NCBI RefSeq assembly: GCF_024521635.1
Contig: NW_026250410.1
Span: 868,001 to 932,000, forward strand
Source of the DNA: Tricharina praecox
Lineage: Eukaryota
Length of the DNA stretch: 64,000 bases
Direction of reading: 5' to 3'
Shown: positions 47,169 through 59,256 of the stretch, piece by piece
Layout: the number at the start of each line of letters is the position of its first letter
How positions within the stretch are numbered: position 1 is the stretch's first letter
Program-made: the position numbers and the translations under genes
The notes under the pieces: model-generated
Databases searched by the model: none
What the model saw: only the letters and a program-made list of their open reading frames with translations
What the model was told of the DNA's origin: nothing

Positions 47169-49739
47169 ATGCACTCACGAACGGCGGCACGACTAACACA
47201 GCAGCTGCGGCCTGCGATACGGGTGACGCAGACGCAGACGCCGACGCCGCGATGCGCATCGACCGTGACGTACACGCCCTCGTCGTTCACATCTCGGGGA
47301 GGAGGAGGTCGCGAGCGGGAAGGGACTGAAGGTGCTCCACGGGAAAGGTCGTTTCGGGATCGGGATGCGCTGCCGGACGGGGGGAGGGAGAGGGAGAGGG
47401 AGCACCGGCCGCGGCGAGAGCAGTCCGGCGGAGACCGGAGGGAATACAAGCCGCGCGACACGCAGGCCGGGGACCGGGGGACGTACTCGCTGCGGCGGGA
47501 GTGGTCCGGGAAGCAGGAGGGGCGTGAGAGGCCCGTTGGGCGCGAAGGGTCCGTTAGGCGCGAGGGAGGACAATCGCAATCCGGGGGAGGTGGTGACCGG
47601 CCACGCATCAGTCGAGACGGGCCGTCGCACGGAAGATCAACGCGCGAGCGGGAACGGGAACGGGAGCGGCCAGCGACGACGGCCTCGACGAACCGGAAGC
47701 CTCGGTTGCAGACGGTGACCGATACCATCGTACCACAGCTGTCGCAGGACGAGGTCTCCAGCATCTTCTCGCAGGAGCTGTTCGTGTTCCGCTGCGATGT
47801 CACTGCCACACATATCCCCGCCGCCATGAGCTCGTATGCTCAGCTCTCCGAAAGAGAGGTGCTCACCGAAAACGATATCTCGAATTTGGCGCGCCAGCTG
47901 CATGCGCGCTTCCGTATGGACCGCGAGAAGAAGGATATCCTGCCGCATGTCATCACGCTCATCGAGGACTTCAAGAAGAAGGCGATCCCTGGACACCCGC
48001 TGGCTAGTGTGCATCTGCTCAGTTGTCTGAAGGATATGGAGGAGTTCACGCTCAGCAATGAGTTCTGGGAATGGTTGACGACCCAGGACGAGAACTTTTG
48101 CGATGCGCGAACGTATGGTGCCGCAATAGAGTGCTTTTCCTACCAGGGAGTCAGCCTCAGCGAGCTCGAGGCGATGTGGAGTGAGGCGCTGGAGAGGTTC
48201 TCGGGCACCACTGTAACCTCCGTCGCGAAGAATACGGGCAGGGGAGTTCCGGTCATGTTGCTGCAGGGCATCATCACCGCGCGGCTGTTCCATGGCGACT
48301 GGAGGGCGGCATACGAAGCGTTTGATATCTGCACACGGCTGTACCCATCCCTGACGCCCGCGCGCATCTACGAACTGTTCATCTACGAGCGTCCGGTGCG
48401 CGAGGCGTACATCGTCTTCCTGATGGCCTGCCGTGCAGGAACCCCGCCGAAGCCAGGAGTGCTGACGCCGCTCCTTAAAGAAACCTGGATGGAGACCCAC
48501 GATGTGCGGGCTATGATCCGCCTCGTGTACGCGTTTGTCGGTGCCGGCGGAACACCAAATGCCATCCACCTCAACTCGCTCATCGGCGGGATCCTCGGCT
48601 CGTTCCCACCGGAGCTCAAACCCACCGACGCAGAGTACGAGCCGTTGTACCATGGCATGCTCGGCCTGGTGCGCGCGCTCATCACCGTGTTCAACCGCAT
48701 GGGCGTCCCGCTGTCCACCGGCTCGTTCAACACCATCATCTCTTTGGGCGGCAAGCTTCGGCGGCAGGAACTGATCCACTCGGGGCTGAAAGAACTGATT
48801 GATGCGGGGCTTTCACCCACAATGGTAACCTACCGCACGCTCCTCAACGCCGTCGGCGACATGGCAGACGTCATGCTCCTCGAGGAGTCCTGGTCGATGC
48901 TCAAGACCGGGCGCGAGCAGCTGCGGGTCCCGTGGGACTTCAACGACTGGAAAGCGCTGATCCGCGCGTGCGTCGCCACCGGCCGCGTCGACTTCTTCGA
49001 GGGCCAGCTAGCCGTGCACTCGCACGAGCTGTCCGAGATCTTCGTGCGCAACATCATCGCCGTGCTCCAGCGCGCGATCATCACCTCTACCGCCACTCCC
49101 ACACCGACCCCCGAAACCGCGCCCAGCACCACACCCCTCGACAAGCAAGCGCTCATCGCCGAGGTAAAAACACTCACGGAGATCTTCTCCTCTCGGCGGA
49201 TCGCAGACTTCACCCGCGCCAGCGGCAGCAGTAGCTCCGACGGCTCCAGCCTCTCGAACGACGACCTATTCTCGCTGCTACCAAGCGACACGACGCCATC
49301 AGGCGTCACGTTGACCGCGGCGCAAGAAGCGGAGCTGCACGAGATCTACGTATCGATCGCGCCGCCGCCATCAGTGCTCGACACGGAGACGGCGGGCACC
49401 AAGACGTCGACCGGCTACGACATCGACAAGCTTCGCTTTGAGAACTGGAAGGCCGTTAACCGTCTGCTGTTCGAGGCGGAGTGGTGGGAGCGCGAGCAGG
49501 AGCGGCGGAAGGTCGAGGCTACGAGGGCGGCGTCCGGGGATTCGATCGTGCAAGAGAAGAAGGGGAAGAAGGAGGAGAATGTCGGTTATGAGTTCGTCTT
49601 TTGGAATGAGGAGCGCGCGAAGAAGAGGATCTTTATGGATATGCAGACGGTCGTCGAGGGCATGCGGAAGGGAGAACCGGACTGGAGGAGTAGGGAGATG
49701 GAGGTGAGGGGCAGGTTGGGGGTCGGGATTAGGGCGTAG
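47169..49739 (+). CDS. Pentatricopeptide-repeat (PPR) protein, probably mitochondrial
   Basis: 856-aa intronless ORF. Arg/Thr-rich presequence-like N-terminus. PPR-like units DARTYGAAIECF, PNAIHLNSLIGG, STGSFNTIISLGGKL, PTMVTYRTLLNA, DFNDWKALIRAC. Confidence 0.85.
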   Translation: MHSRTAARLTQQLRPAIRVTQTQTPTPRCASTVTYTPSSFTSRGGGGREREGTEGAPRERSFRDRDALPDGGREREREHRPRREQSGGDRREYKPRDTQAGDRGTYSLRREWSGKQEGRERPVGREGSVRREGGQSQSGGGGDRPRISRDGPSHGRSTRERERERERPATTASTNRKPRLQTVTDTIVPQLSQDEVSSIFSQELFVFRCDVTATHIPAAMSSYAQLSEREVLTENDISNLARQLHARFRMDREKKDILPHVITLIEDFKKKAIPGHPLASVHLLSCLKDMEEFTLSNEFWEWLTTQDENFCDARTYGAAIECFSYQGVSLSELEAMWSEALERFSGTTVTSVAKNTGRGVPVMLLQGIITARLFHGDWRAAYEAFDICTRLYPSLTPARIYELFIYERPVREAYIVFLMACRAGTPPKPGVLTPLLKETWMETHDVRAMIRLVYAFVGAGGTPNAIHLNSLIGGILGSFPPELKPTDAEYEPLYHGMLGLVRALITVFNRMGVPLSTGSFNTIISLGGKLRRQELIHSGLKELIDAGLSPTMVTYRTLLNAVGDMADVMLLEESWSMLKTGREQLRVPWDFNDWKALIRACVATGRVDFFEGQLAVHSHELSEIFVRNIIAVLQRAIITSTATPTPTPETAPSTTPLDKQALIAEVKTLTEIFSSRRIADFTRASGSSSSDGSSLSNDDLFSLLPSDTTPSGVTLTAAQEAELHEIYVSIAPPPSVLDTETAGTKTSTGYDIDKLRFENWKAVNRLLFEAEWWEREQERRKVEATRAASGDSIVQEKKGKKEENVGYEFVFWNEERAKKRIFMDMQTVVEGMRKGEPDWRSREMEVRGRLGVGIRA

Positions 49740-50102
49740 TTGGGGATTGTGTGTATGCTATCTAGAAGACAGTGACAGTGACAGAGGAATTTCTCGCTGC
49801 ATCGAGGTTCACGTTGTACTATCCAGTTCATGGACCGTGACTACTTCAGTACCTAGAGTAATCTCCATGTTAGGACGTATTACTCACAGCCTCGCACTCG
49901 CTAGCACACTTCAGCAGGTGGAAAATACAGGTACTGGCGGCGGCCGGCGTTGGCTGGCACAGGAAACACATTCGACGGAACCAGAAGATTACAACCACTC
50001 GTTCGCATAGCACATATCTAGATTTACAAGAGCTCTGCTCGCAATCAACCAAACGGCCAGTCGAGAAGCAGAGCCCATTCCCAGCACACCATCCTTCATC
50101 CA

Positions 50103-53100
50103 TCAAATATCCCAAATCCACCAACCCTCCCACGCCCTGCCCGTCACTCCCACCTTCATCTCAGCAGCCCTCCACTCCCAAACCCCCCACCCCTCTTCGC
50201 CCTTGGGCCTCTCACGCTTCTTCTCCTCGAGAAACTCCACCAGCGCGCACGTATACCTCGGCCGCAGCTCGTCGACGAGAATGATCGACCCGTATGCTGG
50301 GACCACCGGCGCGGCGGGTCGGAACTCGTCGATCACTGAGACGCCGTGAAGGTGTAGCCGGCTGACTAGTGACGGTGTGCAGAGGTGTGGAAGTAGGCAC
50401 ACCGTTGAGCTGGGGAAGGGTGAGGTGAGTTTTGCGGGGGGGATATGGGGTTTGCTAGTTAAGGGGGAGGAGGGGGTGACTGGTGGGGTAGTGGTGGGGG
50501 TAAGAGTGGGGGTAGTGGTGGGGGTGTCGACGGGTGGGGCTCTGGTTGTGGGGGATGGGAGTGGGGGAGGGGAGGGTGGTAAGGGCACGGGGGTCGGTTG
50601 GCCTTGGGGAGTAGGTGGGGAAATGGCGGTTTGACTGGGCGAGGCGCAGACGTCTGGCTGGCTTGGTGGATTAGTGGCCGCAGGTTCGGCCTTGGTGACA
50701 AACGTTGGTTGACTATCCGGCACAGAAGACCGTTGCGACTGTGAGTGATCATTCGCCGCTGGCGGTTGACTATCAGGCACAGAAGAGCGTTGCGACAGCG
50801 AGGTATCATTCGCAGTGTACTCGATAAAGCTCTTCGCGAACAGGCCGGTGAGGTTCGTGCAGCCACTGACCGAATCCCGGCGATGCTGCTTCTTCCTCAG
50901 GGGGGAAGCATCCTGCGTCCCCTCATCCCTCTTGACCCCACTGCCGGTCTTCCGCTTCCTAGCCCCATCCTCGGGCGTCAACGAGAAAACATGTCTCGCC
51001 CTCTTCGGGGTTCCGGGGGCGAGTGATCCCGTCACAGACGGAGTAACCTCGTCCCCCCTCCTCGTTGAATTCTGCGGGGTTTCTTCGATCTGCTCTCCCA
51101 CATCGCCTCGTTCAAGCTTTGCAATCCATAGTCGCTCCTGCTGGCTGCCTCCGTGAGCACCGTGCAGCGCATCGTGTGCGAGAAGCTGCAGCTCGTCGAA
51201 TGACAATGCATCGCTGAATTCGCGGTCCCAGTGCACTTTGGAAACGCGTGGGTGGCGTGGAGTGAAGAAGCCACAGTTTGTCTGCCGATCGAAACTGCCG
51301 CCGCAGATCTCGAAGACGAGCGGGTGGCTGAAGATGTGTGTGGGCTTGGTGAGCGATAGCTCGCTGGGGAAGAGGAGGTCGAATTGTTCCAGTGGTGCGC
51401 CCGGCTAGGAATGGAGCGTCAACACTCGTTCGCTGAAGGATGGCAGGCGGGGGTACCTTGTACGGAATAGCATCGAAGTAGGCACATTTCTGGATCCAGC
51501 TCAGGTCGGCTTGGGTGATGCTATAGGTAACTTCGAAGACCACCTTGAGCTGTGGCTTTGCGCCGTACATCTTGACGTCCTGCTTATTCAACAGCACCGC
51601 TGCATGGAACGAGTTCAGGCTTCCAGCGGCCTGCTTTACCGTGGCCGCCCGTTTATGGTCGGAAACTCCGCCAACGATCGCAAAATCCGCAGTGTCTCCG
51701 AGTCCCACGATATAATCCTTCTTCAGCTTGACCCAGGCGTTCTCGGTTCCATAGAATCCATATCCTCGCGAAGACTTGTCTGGTCTGGTTCCTAAAAAGT
51801 TAAAATACGGAGCGTCGCATGGTTTCAACACGCATCCTTCCCAGCGGTTCAGAATTGCCCGGGCAAAGTATCGGCGCAGACGCTGACCAGCGGCCTCTTT
51901 ATTGATCGAAAAGTCGATCTTGGTGCGTTCTATCTGCTGGCAGTAACCCTCCTGTGGCTCGACAAGGACTCTTTCCAAGCGTTCGAGACGTGAAGTCAAC
52001 GAGTGGTTCAGTAGAGAAGTGCCATCCATCAACAGAATATCGAACAGTAGTATCATGACGTGGGAGGAGGCCGATCTTGGGATCCCATCGTTGGCACTCC
52101 CAATGTACACTCCGGATCGCGACACATGGCTCCGTATGTAATGGAACGGCATGATTTTCTTCTCACGGTCGCAGTAGACCACCATTTCCCCCTCCAGAAT
52201 ACATTTCTCCTTGAACTCGCGTTCATCGTCCATGTCGATCTTCAAAGCTCGATATATAGCTTCATGAAGTCCCACTCTATCCTGCGTTGAATCTTTCCCG
52301 CTCTTGGAGAATATTTTGATCCAGTTGTTCGGGCTCTTTGTGAGGTCAATGTGGATCTGACAGTACTCTCCATCATACTTGCGCTCCATCATCATCTTTC
52401 TGTTCCCAGCAAGCTGGATGGCATGTGCAGTCGAAGTAGCCTTCACGAACTCACCACGACCCACTTTGACGCCTGCTACCGGCTTGACGAAGCTGATGGA
52501 TTTCTCCAGCCAGTCCTGATACTTATTCGGGTCCGGCTGGGCTATCGGACAGGCCTTGGTCAACCTCTCGTCGCAGATTTGCTGGCAAGCCTTCTCCAGA
52601 TTGTCCTGGACCATATAAAGCTTGGGAAGGAGGAAGTGGTATGCCTGGAGGGTGATGGTTTCTGGCCATGTCGTCAGTCCAAGAGATTGACAGCGACCCA
52701 GCCGTTGTCAGCACTCACCAGGCATCCGAACCGGTGCAAGACTCTTGAGTATGCACCTCGTCAACCACTTCCCCTCCACCGAACTGAGCTGATTGAACAG
52801 CTCCAAAAGCTCCGCCGGCGGTGCCAGCTGGTCGGTCCTAACCCTCCGCGCCAGCTCCTTATTCGAAAAATGGCTTCTCGCAGCAAGCTTATCCAACAAC
52901 TCATCAACCTGACCCACCGTAACCTTGCCTCCCTCGCAATCTACCCCACGCATAACCCTCCTCACCGCCTCGCCCAGATCCCCACACGTTCGCCACTGCG
53001 CAAGATCATTTCCCCTCCCCGTACCCGCAATGCACAGCGCCTTGGTCACTGCCTTTGCCAGGCCCTCCTCACGTAGCATATACACCCTATCGGGCCTCAG

Positions 53101-53295
53101 CGCGGGCTGCAGCGTCGACTGTATCGCCAGAACAGTCTTTGGGTCGCCGTCGATGTCACAGCGGTTGGAGGAGAACCACCTATAGATCAGGGCTTTGACG
53201 AGCGTCTTGACCTTTGTTGGCGGGAGGCTGTGGTTGGACTGGAGCGCTTCGATCGCCTCGAGAAGCTCGACCACACGCAGGAACGGGACGGGCAT
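50103..53295 (-). CDS. ATP-dependent DNA ligase family protein (Lig4-like core, atypical); 3 exons
   Basis: DNA-binding domain exon 53295-~52719. Adenylation motif I ERKYDGEYCQIH; III ILEGEMV; IIIa LFDILL; IV WEGCVLK; V WVKLKKDY; VI PRHPRVSKVHWDR after the intron at ~51456-51405. Low-complexity tail. Confidence 0.9.
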
Positions 53296-54400
53296 GGTGT
53301 TGCGGTTGTGTGTGCAATGTAGATGACTCGAGACCTTGCGATTTGGCGGTTATGGCTGTCGCATCGTTGTGCGAAAAACTTCAATTCTCGAAAGTCGAAA
53401 AGGAAATGCGCTACCCGCCTTACTCTTATAGTTAGGGAGCGGTTGCTGTCAGGAGATAACGGACTGGGCTGCAGAGTGTGTCCGTTTCACCGACAAGGTT
53501 GTCGGATTCTCTAAACTAGAAACGCGAACGTGAAGCGTAGACATGTGACCGTACTCGTGATCGGCGATAAGGCGGGGAGAGTGGGAGGTGATAAATGAGG
53601 AGTCGGACAGGCGACCGCCGAGGTGGGTGTGCAGTCATGGTGGCCACCGTGGATGAAGGAGAATGCATCATCAGCCAGAACACTTGAGCACTTCCAGTCC
53701 TGCCAATTCGATTGACCTCGCTCAGCCCTCATTTGGTCCATCATATGATTTCTACTCTGCTTTCTGCCCTTACTTGGCAGGATACTATCTGCGTACTCAG
53801 CACCTGCACTCCATGTTTTGTGGGGCCGCGGCCTGAGAGCAGGTGCATACATACATCCTACCGGTACTCTATTCGCTATCGACTCAGCTGCAGAGATCCT
53901 GCCTCGCAGGTCTTCCGAAATCTTCATTTCCTCGTCTTGCGATTTCAATATCCGAACAATATTCTTGGCAACCAATAATAACAATCACAATTGCTCGTAT
54001 TCACCGCAAAAATGCTCGCTCGCGTTTCGTGTCGTGGGCGCGTTACTGAGACAACGCTAACTTTATTCGCTTGTCAACAACAGCGCATCACTCAGAAGGA
54101 AGAAAGAGAGAGTGAGAGAGCAGGTTAGCCGAAGGAGAGCAACCACACCCACCCCCGACGACCAACTCGACGTCAACGTCCCAACTACCAACCTCTACCA
54201 CTGCTATCCGCCTCGGCAGCATTGTCCCCCGCGCGTCTCCAGCTATTGGCACGTCGTCGGCGATAGCGAGTCTAGCGCTTCAATCCCGCCCGAACAGCCA
54301 GCCGACTGCACCTCCCTCCAGCGCCACCGACCCAGTCCTCCCGCATCTTCGTGTCGCAGCGATACCCACCTGTCACTGCATATCATCGCCCCGCCCCATC

Positions 54401-56755
54401 ATGTCGGGCGAGTCATTAGCATCCAAGTTCCAGGTTTTGGAGCTGCTCGGAAGTGAGTCAGCTGCCAGCTGCTACCCCCGCCCGCTGGGCGAGCGAGGCA
54501 ACATGCTGACGCTTATCATATTAGGCGGCAGCTTCGGATCAGTCTACAAAGCCTACGAAAAGGAATCCGGAACGATCGTGGCGATAAAACAGGTGCTCAC
54601 CCACCTCCTTGCCCGCGCGCAACGGACTGCGCCTAACTTGTCGGTGCGCCCATTAGATCGACCTCGAGTCCAGCGAAGATGATATACATGAGATCCAGCA
54701 GGAGATACAGGTCCTGGCGACTTGCTCTAGCTCGTTCGTCACCCAGTATTACGGTAGTTTCGTGAAGGGGTTCAAGCTTTGGATTGGTGAGTACGGACGG
54801 ATTGGGAAGGAATGGGATAGGATGGGAAGCGAGGCTAACCTGGGGTAGTGATGGAGTATCTCGGGGGTGGTTCGTGCCATGATCTGGTACGTATAGCTGC
54901 GGGACGGAACGGGAGTGGTATGCAAGTTGATCTGACCTTCGCCGCAGTTGAAAGCTGGTCCATTCGAGGAGGAACATATCGCCGTGATGATGAGGGAGCT
55001 GCTGCTCGGACTGAATTACCTACACAGCGAAGGCAAGATCCATCGGGATATCAAAGGTGCGAATGATCAACTGTGCATGGGATGGAGGGGAACTGCTGCT
55101 GATGTCATCGCTCCCAGCTGCCAATGTTCTCCTTTCGGATCAGGGCAAAGTCAAGCTTGCGGATTTCGGTGTCGCCGCACAACTCACCGGCTTGAAGTCG
55201 CAGCGGAATACGTTCGTCGGAACTCCATACTGGATGGCGCCGGAAGTGATATCACAGCAGACCGGTTACGACTACAAAGCGGATGTCTGGTCGCTCGGCA
55301 TCACCGCCATCGAGATGTCATGCGGTGCCCCGCCACATGCTGATGTACATCCGATGAAAGTATTGTTTCAAATCCCGAGGGACCCGCCGCCGACTCTTCC
55401 CGGGAGTGGTTGGAGCAAGGAATTCAAAGACTTTGTGGCTCGGTGCTTGCACAAAGACCCGTCCAAGCGGGCTACCGCAAAAGATCTGCTACGACACAAG
55501 TTCATCCGGGGTGCTGGCCCGGTGGAAATTCTGACTGAGTTGATAGAGCGGAAGCAGGAATGGGAAGAGGCACAGGAGAAAATAGGACACTCTCCGTACC
55601 CAAAGATGTATGAGGAGTCAATGTGCGTCGCCCCCTCCTCCGTGTCCCCGTAAGGTGGTTACTAACTACCTAACCAGGAGAACGATGGACTCGTCCGGTT
55701 CAGGATCCGATGAGGCGTGGGACTTCGACACCATCCGCAGCACAATGGACACTGTTCGAACGAATCCTTTCGGGCTGGCTGCGATGGCGAATCCGGGTAC
55801 GTATCGGAGGAAATCCGCTGTAAATCCGGGCGCCCTTAGCACAGCACTTCACCAACTCTCCTTAAACGCGCCACCAAATAGTGAGAACATATCGGCCCGT
55901 GGCAGAAACGCTGGGGGAACAATCAGAGGCAGTGGCACCACTCGCAGGCGGACGATGAAAATGACTACGGAGGCGGACCAATTCATGCTCGACCGGGAGA
56001 TGCGAGAGCGGGACCAGGCACTTCCCATGGGCGCGCCAGAGACAGATTATGGCAAGATGGGATCGACGGTTAGGCTTTTCAAGAGGGTGCCAGATGCTTT
56101 CGCTGCACCGCCATCCTACAGTCCCATCTACGACCACGAGCGACCAGACCTGAACGAGCACAGAGCGCCGGTAATAATCCCATCGACCGAAGCAGGCCTC
56201 TTGGGTCGACAAGTGCACTCGGACATCGTCCAGCCGGCAATCGAACAGATTCAACCGCAGACCATCTCCTCTGCCGAAAGCGATGCCCTCGCCCGTCTCG
56301 ACGGCGCCTGGAAAGACCTGGATGCGATCAACCCAGAAATGGGCTTCCTCCTCGTCCGAAACCTCCTCGAGCGCCTCCAGCATCAACCCCAGATGCAATC
56401 CCTGCTTACCCCTCCGCCCACCGCCCTCCCTACCCCCCCTCCCTCCCTCCCCACCAAAGTCGGCTTCCAACCCCGCCTAAACCTCTCGGGACAGACCCTC
56501 CTCAACCCGGTCCCGCTTGCACCCATCCCGACCCCGAAAAAGGACATCACTCGGCGCAAACGTACTTCCAGCAACGCGACCACTAGAACCTCGAGCTCGG
56601 GCGGCGGTGGCAGTGGCGGCTACTCGGATGTTGACGAGGAGCCACACCTCAAGACCCAGGGTGAGAAGTTGGCCGATGTGCTGTATTCCCGCTGGCTGCA
56701 GGGACTGCAATCGAGGTGGCAGCATGATAGGAGCTTTTCTGGTACTTCGCATTGA
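54401..56755 (+). CDS. sid1: STE20/GCK-family Ser/Thr kinase, Sid1/SepL-like (septation initiation network); multi-exon
   Basis: Spliced [68 protein letters not shown]. The C-terminal [15 protein letters not shown] is recalled as typical of filamentous-fungal Sid1 orthologs. Confidence 0.85.
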
Positions 56756-57418
56756 GACTACCTTACATTACCTTTCTTCACCTTTACCGCACGTTACTGC
56801 ACATTACCAACTTTACTTCTATGTAATGAGTTTCTCATACCTTTTTCTTTCTTGCTTCGTGCTTCTTGTTACCTTAGTTTCTTCTTCTACTACAGAGCGG
56901 GGCGTTACAGCATTTTTTAGCCTGCATTGAGCGCGGTTTTAGATTCGTTTCTTTCTGTCCTTTCTTTTTTCTCTTTTGGGTCTGGTTTTATTGCTTTTGG
57001 TTTTGGATCATGAGCGTTTTGAGCGAGCGAGCGAGTGACTAGGTTGGTAGGTTATGTAGGTAAGGGACCGGGGGACGACGAGTGAAGGTGAGGGGTGAAT
57101 ACATATGCCTTCGATGTACGTGTATTCATCGAACAGTTGGTTGGAGTGATATCGTTATACCTACACACACATGGCACAGAAACAAGAACTTCAATTGCAT
57201 TCATTCATCGAATTCCAGAAACGGGACCTACCTACTACCTATGATAGCCTCGGTCTGAATTCTCTCTCGCTCTCATGGTATAAGCCCATAGTAACAACCA
57301 CCCCGAGATTTTCCACGCTCAAAGCACACGCAAGAAAAAACAAAAAAGATGCCAGCCCAAACGCCATCTACACCCGTACCTTTTCAGCAGACACACCGAG
57401 CGCACACCGCACACCGCA

Positions 57419-59256
57419 CTACCTCGCCTCCCTCGCCTCCCTAGCTCTCAGATCTCTAATCAGAGCCTTCGCCTCCTCGACCTCCTGGCCGTCCTGTGCA
57501 AGTTCCTCAGCAAGCTGCATGGCGCGGTTCCACTCGCTGCTGACGAACGCCCATCTAGCAAGCCACAGCCTCGCCTGTCCGGTGACGCCCGTGACGCCCG
57601 AGTTCTCCTCCTCGGCCATGCACGCCTCCATCCACTTGGCGGCCTCCTTGCTGTTGCGCAGCTTCTCGTACATAGTCGCGATGAGGTACAGGATCTGCGG
57701 GTCGTGGCCGCCGGCCGCCGACGGCGACAGCGAGATGAGCGCCCGCTTGAATGACTTGATAGCCTCTGTCGGCCGGTTCATGCGGTCGAAGCACTGGCCC
57801 ATTGCCTGCCACATCTGCGAGTCGTAGGGGCGGAGGGCGGCTGCGCGCTGGAAGTAGAAGAGGGCGTAGTAGTGCATTTCCAGGACTTCGTAGGACAGCC
57901 CCAGCCCGTACCAGGCGCGGTAGTCGCGGCGGTTCACGTCCACTGCCCGTCGGTACGCTTCGATCGCTGCGTGGGTGTTTTTCATTTCTACGTATTCGTG
58001 TCCCATCAGGGTCCAGGCGGAGAGGAAGGTCCGGTCGAGGGTGAGCGCCCGCCGGAAGTACATCACGGCTTTTTCGTGCTCAGATTTTAGTGAGTAGTAG
58101 TTGCCGATCACGCAGCAGGTTTCGGGGCGGAATTTGTCGGTCGAGCTGGCGAGCTGGGCAATGAAGCCGAGTTTTGGGCGCCGCTCCATCACGTATAGGA
58201 TATTGGAGTAATGGTCGAGGGCGTCGATCCGGTGCGGATCGATTTTGATCAGGCTGTCGAAGATTGACTCGGCTTCTTCAAAATCGCGTGCGTGGTAGTA
58301 AAGTAGTGCGCGCTGCGTTTTGAGCCACGATGAGCCGGGGAAGAGGTTGAGGAGATCGGACAGCTGCGAGTGGATTGGATCGGCGGTCTGGTAGAGCTCC
58401 TGGTTGGTGGACAGGACGAAGAGATTGGTCATGATGTTCGCTGGGAGCGACGGGAGGATGGTGTTGAGCTATTCCTGTGGATTAGCATCGCGATACGTAA
58501 GGAGGGAGAGAGAGAGGGGGGGGGGAGCGTACATCGGTCAAAGTCCCTATCGTTGCGCCCAACTCCTGCCAGGCCGACCAATTGTACGGATATAGATTGA
58601 CACTCTTTAACAGTGCGCCTCTAGCCTCTTCCTCATTCTTTTGTTTCTGCAATACAATGCCATACAAGAACAACAACCAGCTATCATCCTCGCCCCACAT
58701 CGTATCGCCATCCTTCTCCGCGAAAATTTCCTCCAGCGCAGTGAGAATCCCCGCAACCTCCTTATTCCTCGTCTCGGCACCATCTAGCGGGCCCAGCACC
58801 ATCTCCGAATCCTCATCCCGCCGCTTCTCGCCAGCTATGTATCGTGCGTATAGGTGTAAAAACCGCGCCTTGGACGACTTGCAATTCTGGAGTACGAACG
58901 ACGCGCGGTCATATTCGTGCACGTCAAAGTACGACTTGGCAAGGAGGTATTGGTTGAATTCGACGGTTTCGAGCGCGAGTTCGGCGGTGTCTGCGGACAT
59001 GGGGTGGAGGTAGGCCTGCGGGAGGGCGACGGAGGTCTCGGCGGACGGAGGAGGTACGTCCATCGATGTGAGGAGTTCGGCGGCCCTAGGACGCGTCAAT
59101 AACTGTATCGCCCGGTAACGGGGGAGCTTGAACACGAGTAATGGTGCCGTGAGCTCACCATTTTGCTGATTGGTAGAGACACCGCTCGCTGCATTTAAGC
59201 ATCGCGGTTTGCAGGAGGCTCTGCAGCTGGTGGGGTTCGGGAATTTCGGTCGCCAT
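57419..59256 (-). CDS. CDC23: Anaphase-promoting complex subunit 8 (TPR protein); 3 exons
   Basis: CSERCLYQSAKW|AAELL, YLLAKSYFDVHEYDRA, RPETCCVIGNYYSL, AWTLMGHEYVEMKNTHAAIEAYRRAVD, DYRAWYGLG. Confidence 0.96.

Noticed and set aside
47637..48779. Long antisense ORFs over the PPR gene (also over PRP31, TRK1, the kinase and ERG20)
   Set aside because: Shadow ORFs caused by GC-rich codon usage of the real genes on the opposite strand.
53511..53984. 157-aa minus-strand ORF in the ligase/kinase intergenic region
   Set aside because: Non-ATG start, no recognisable motif and no consistent exon model.
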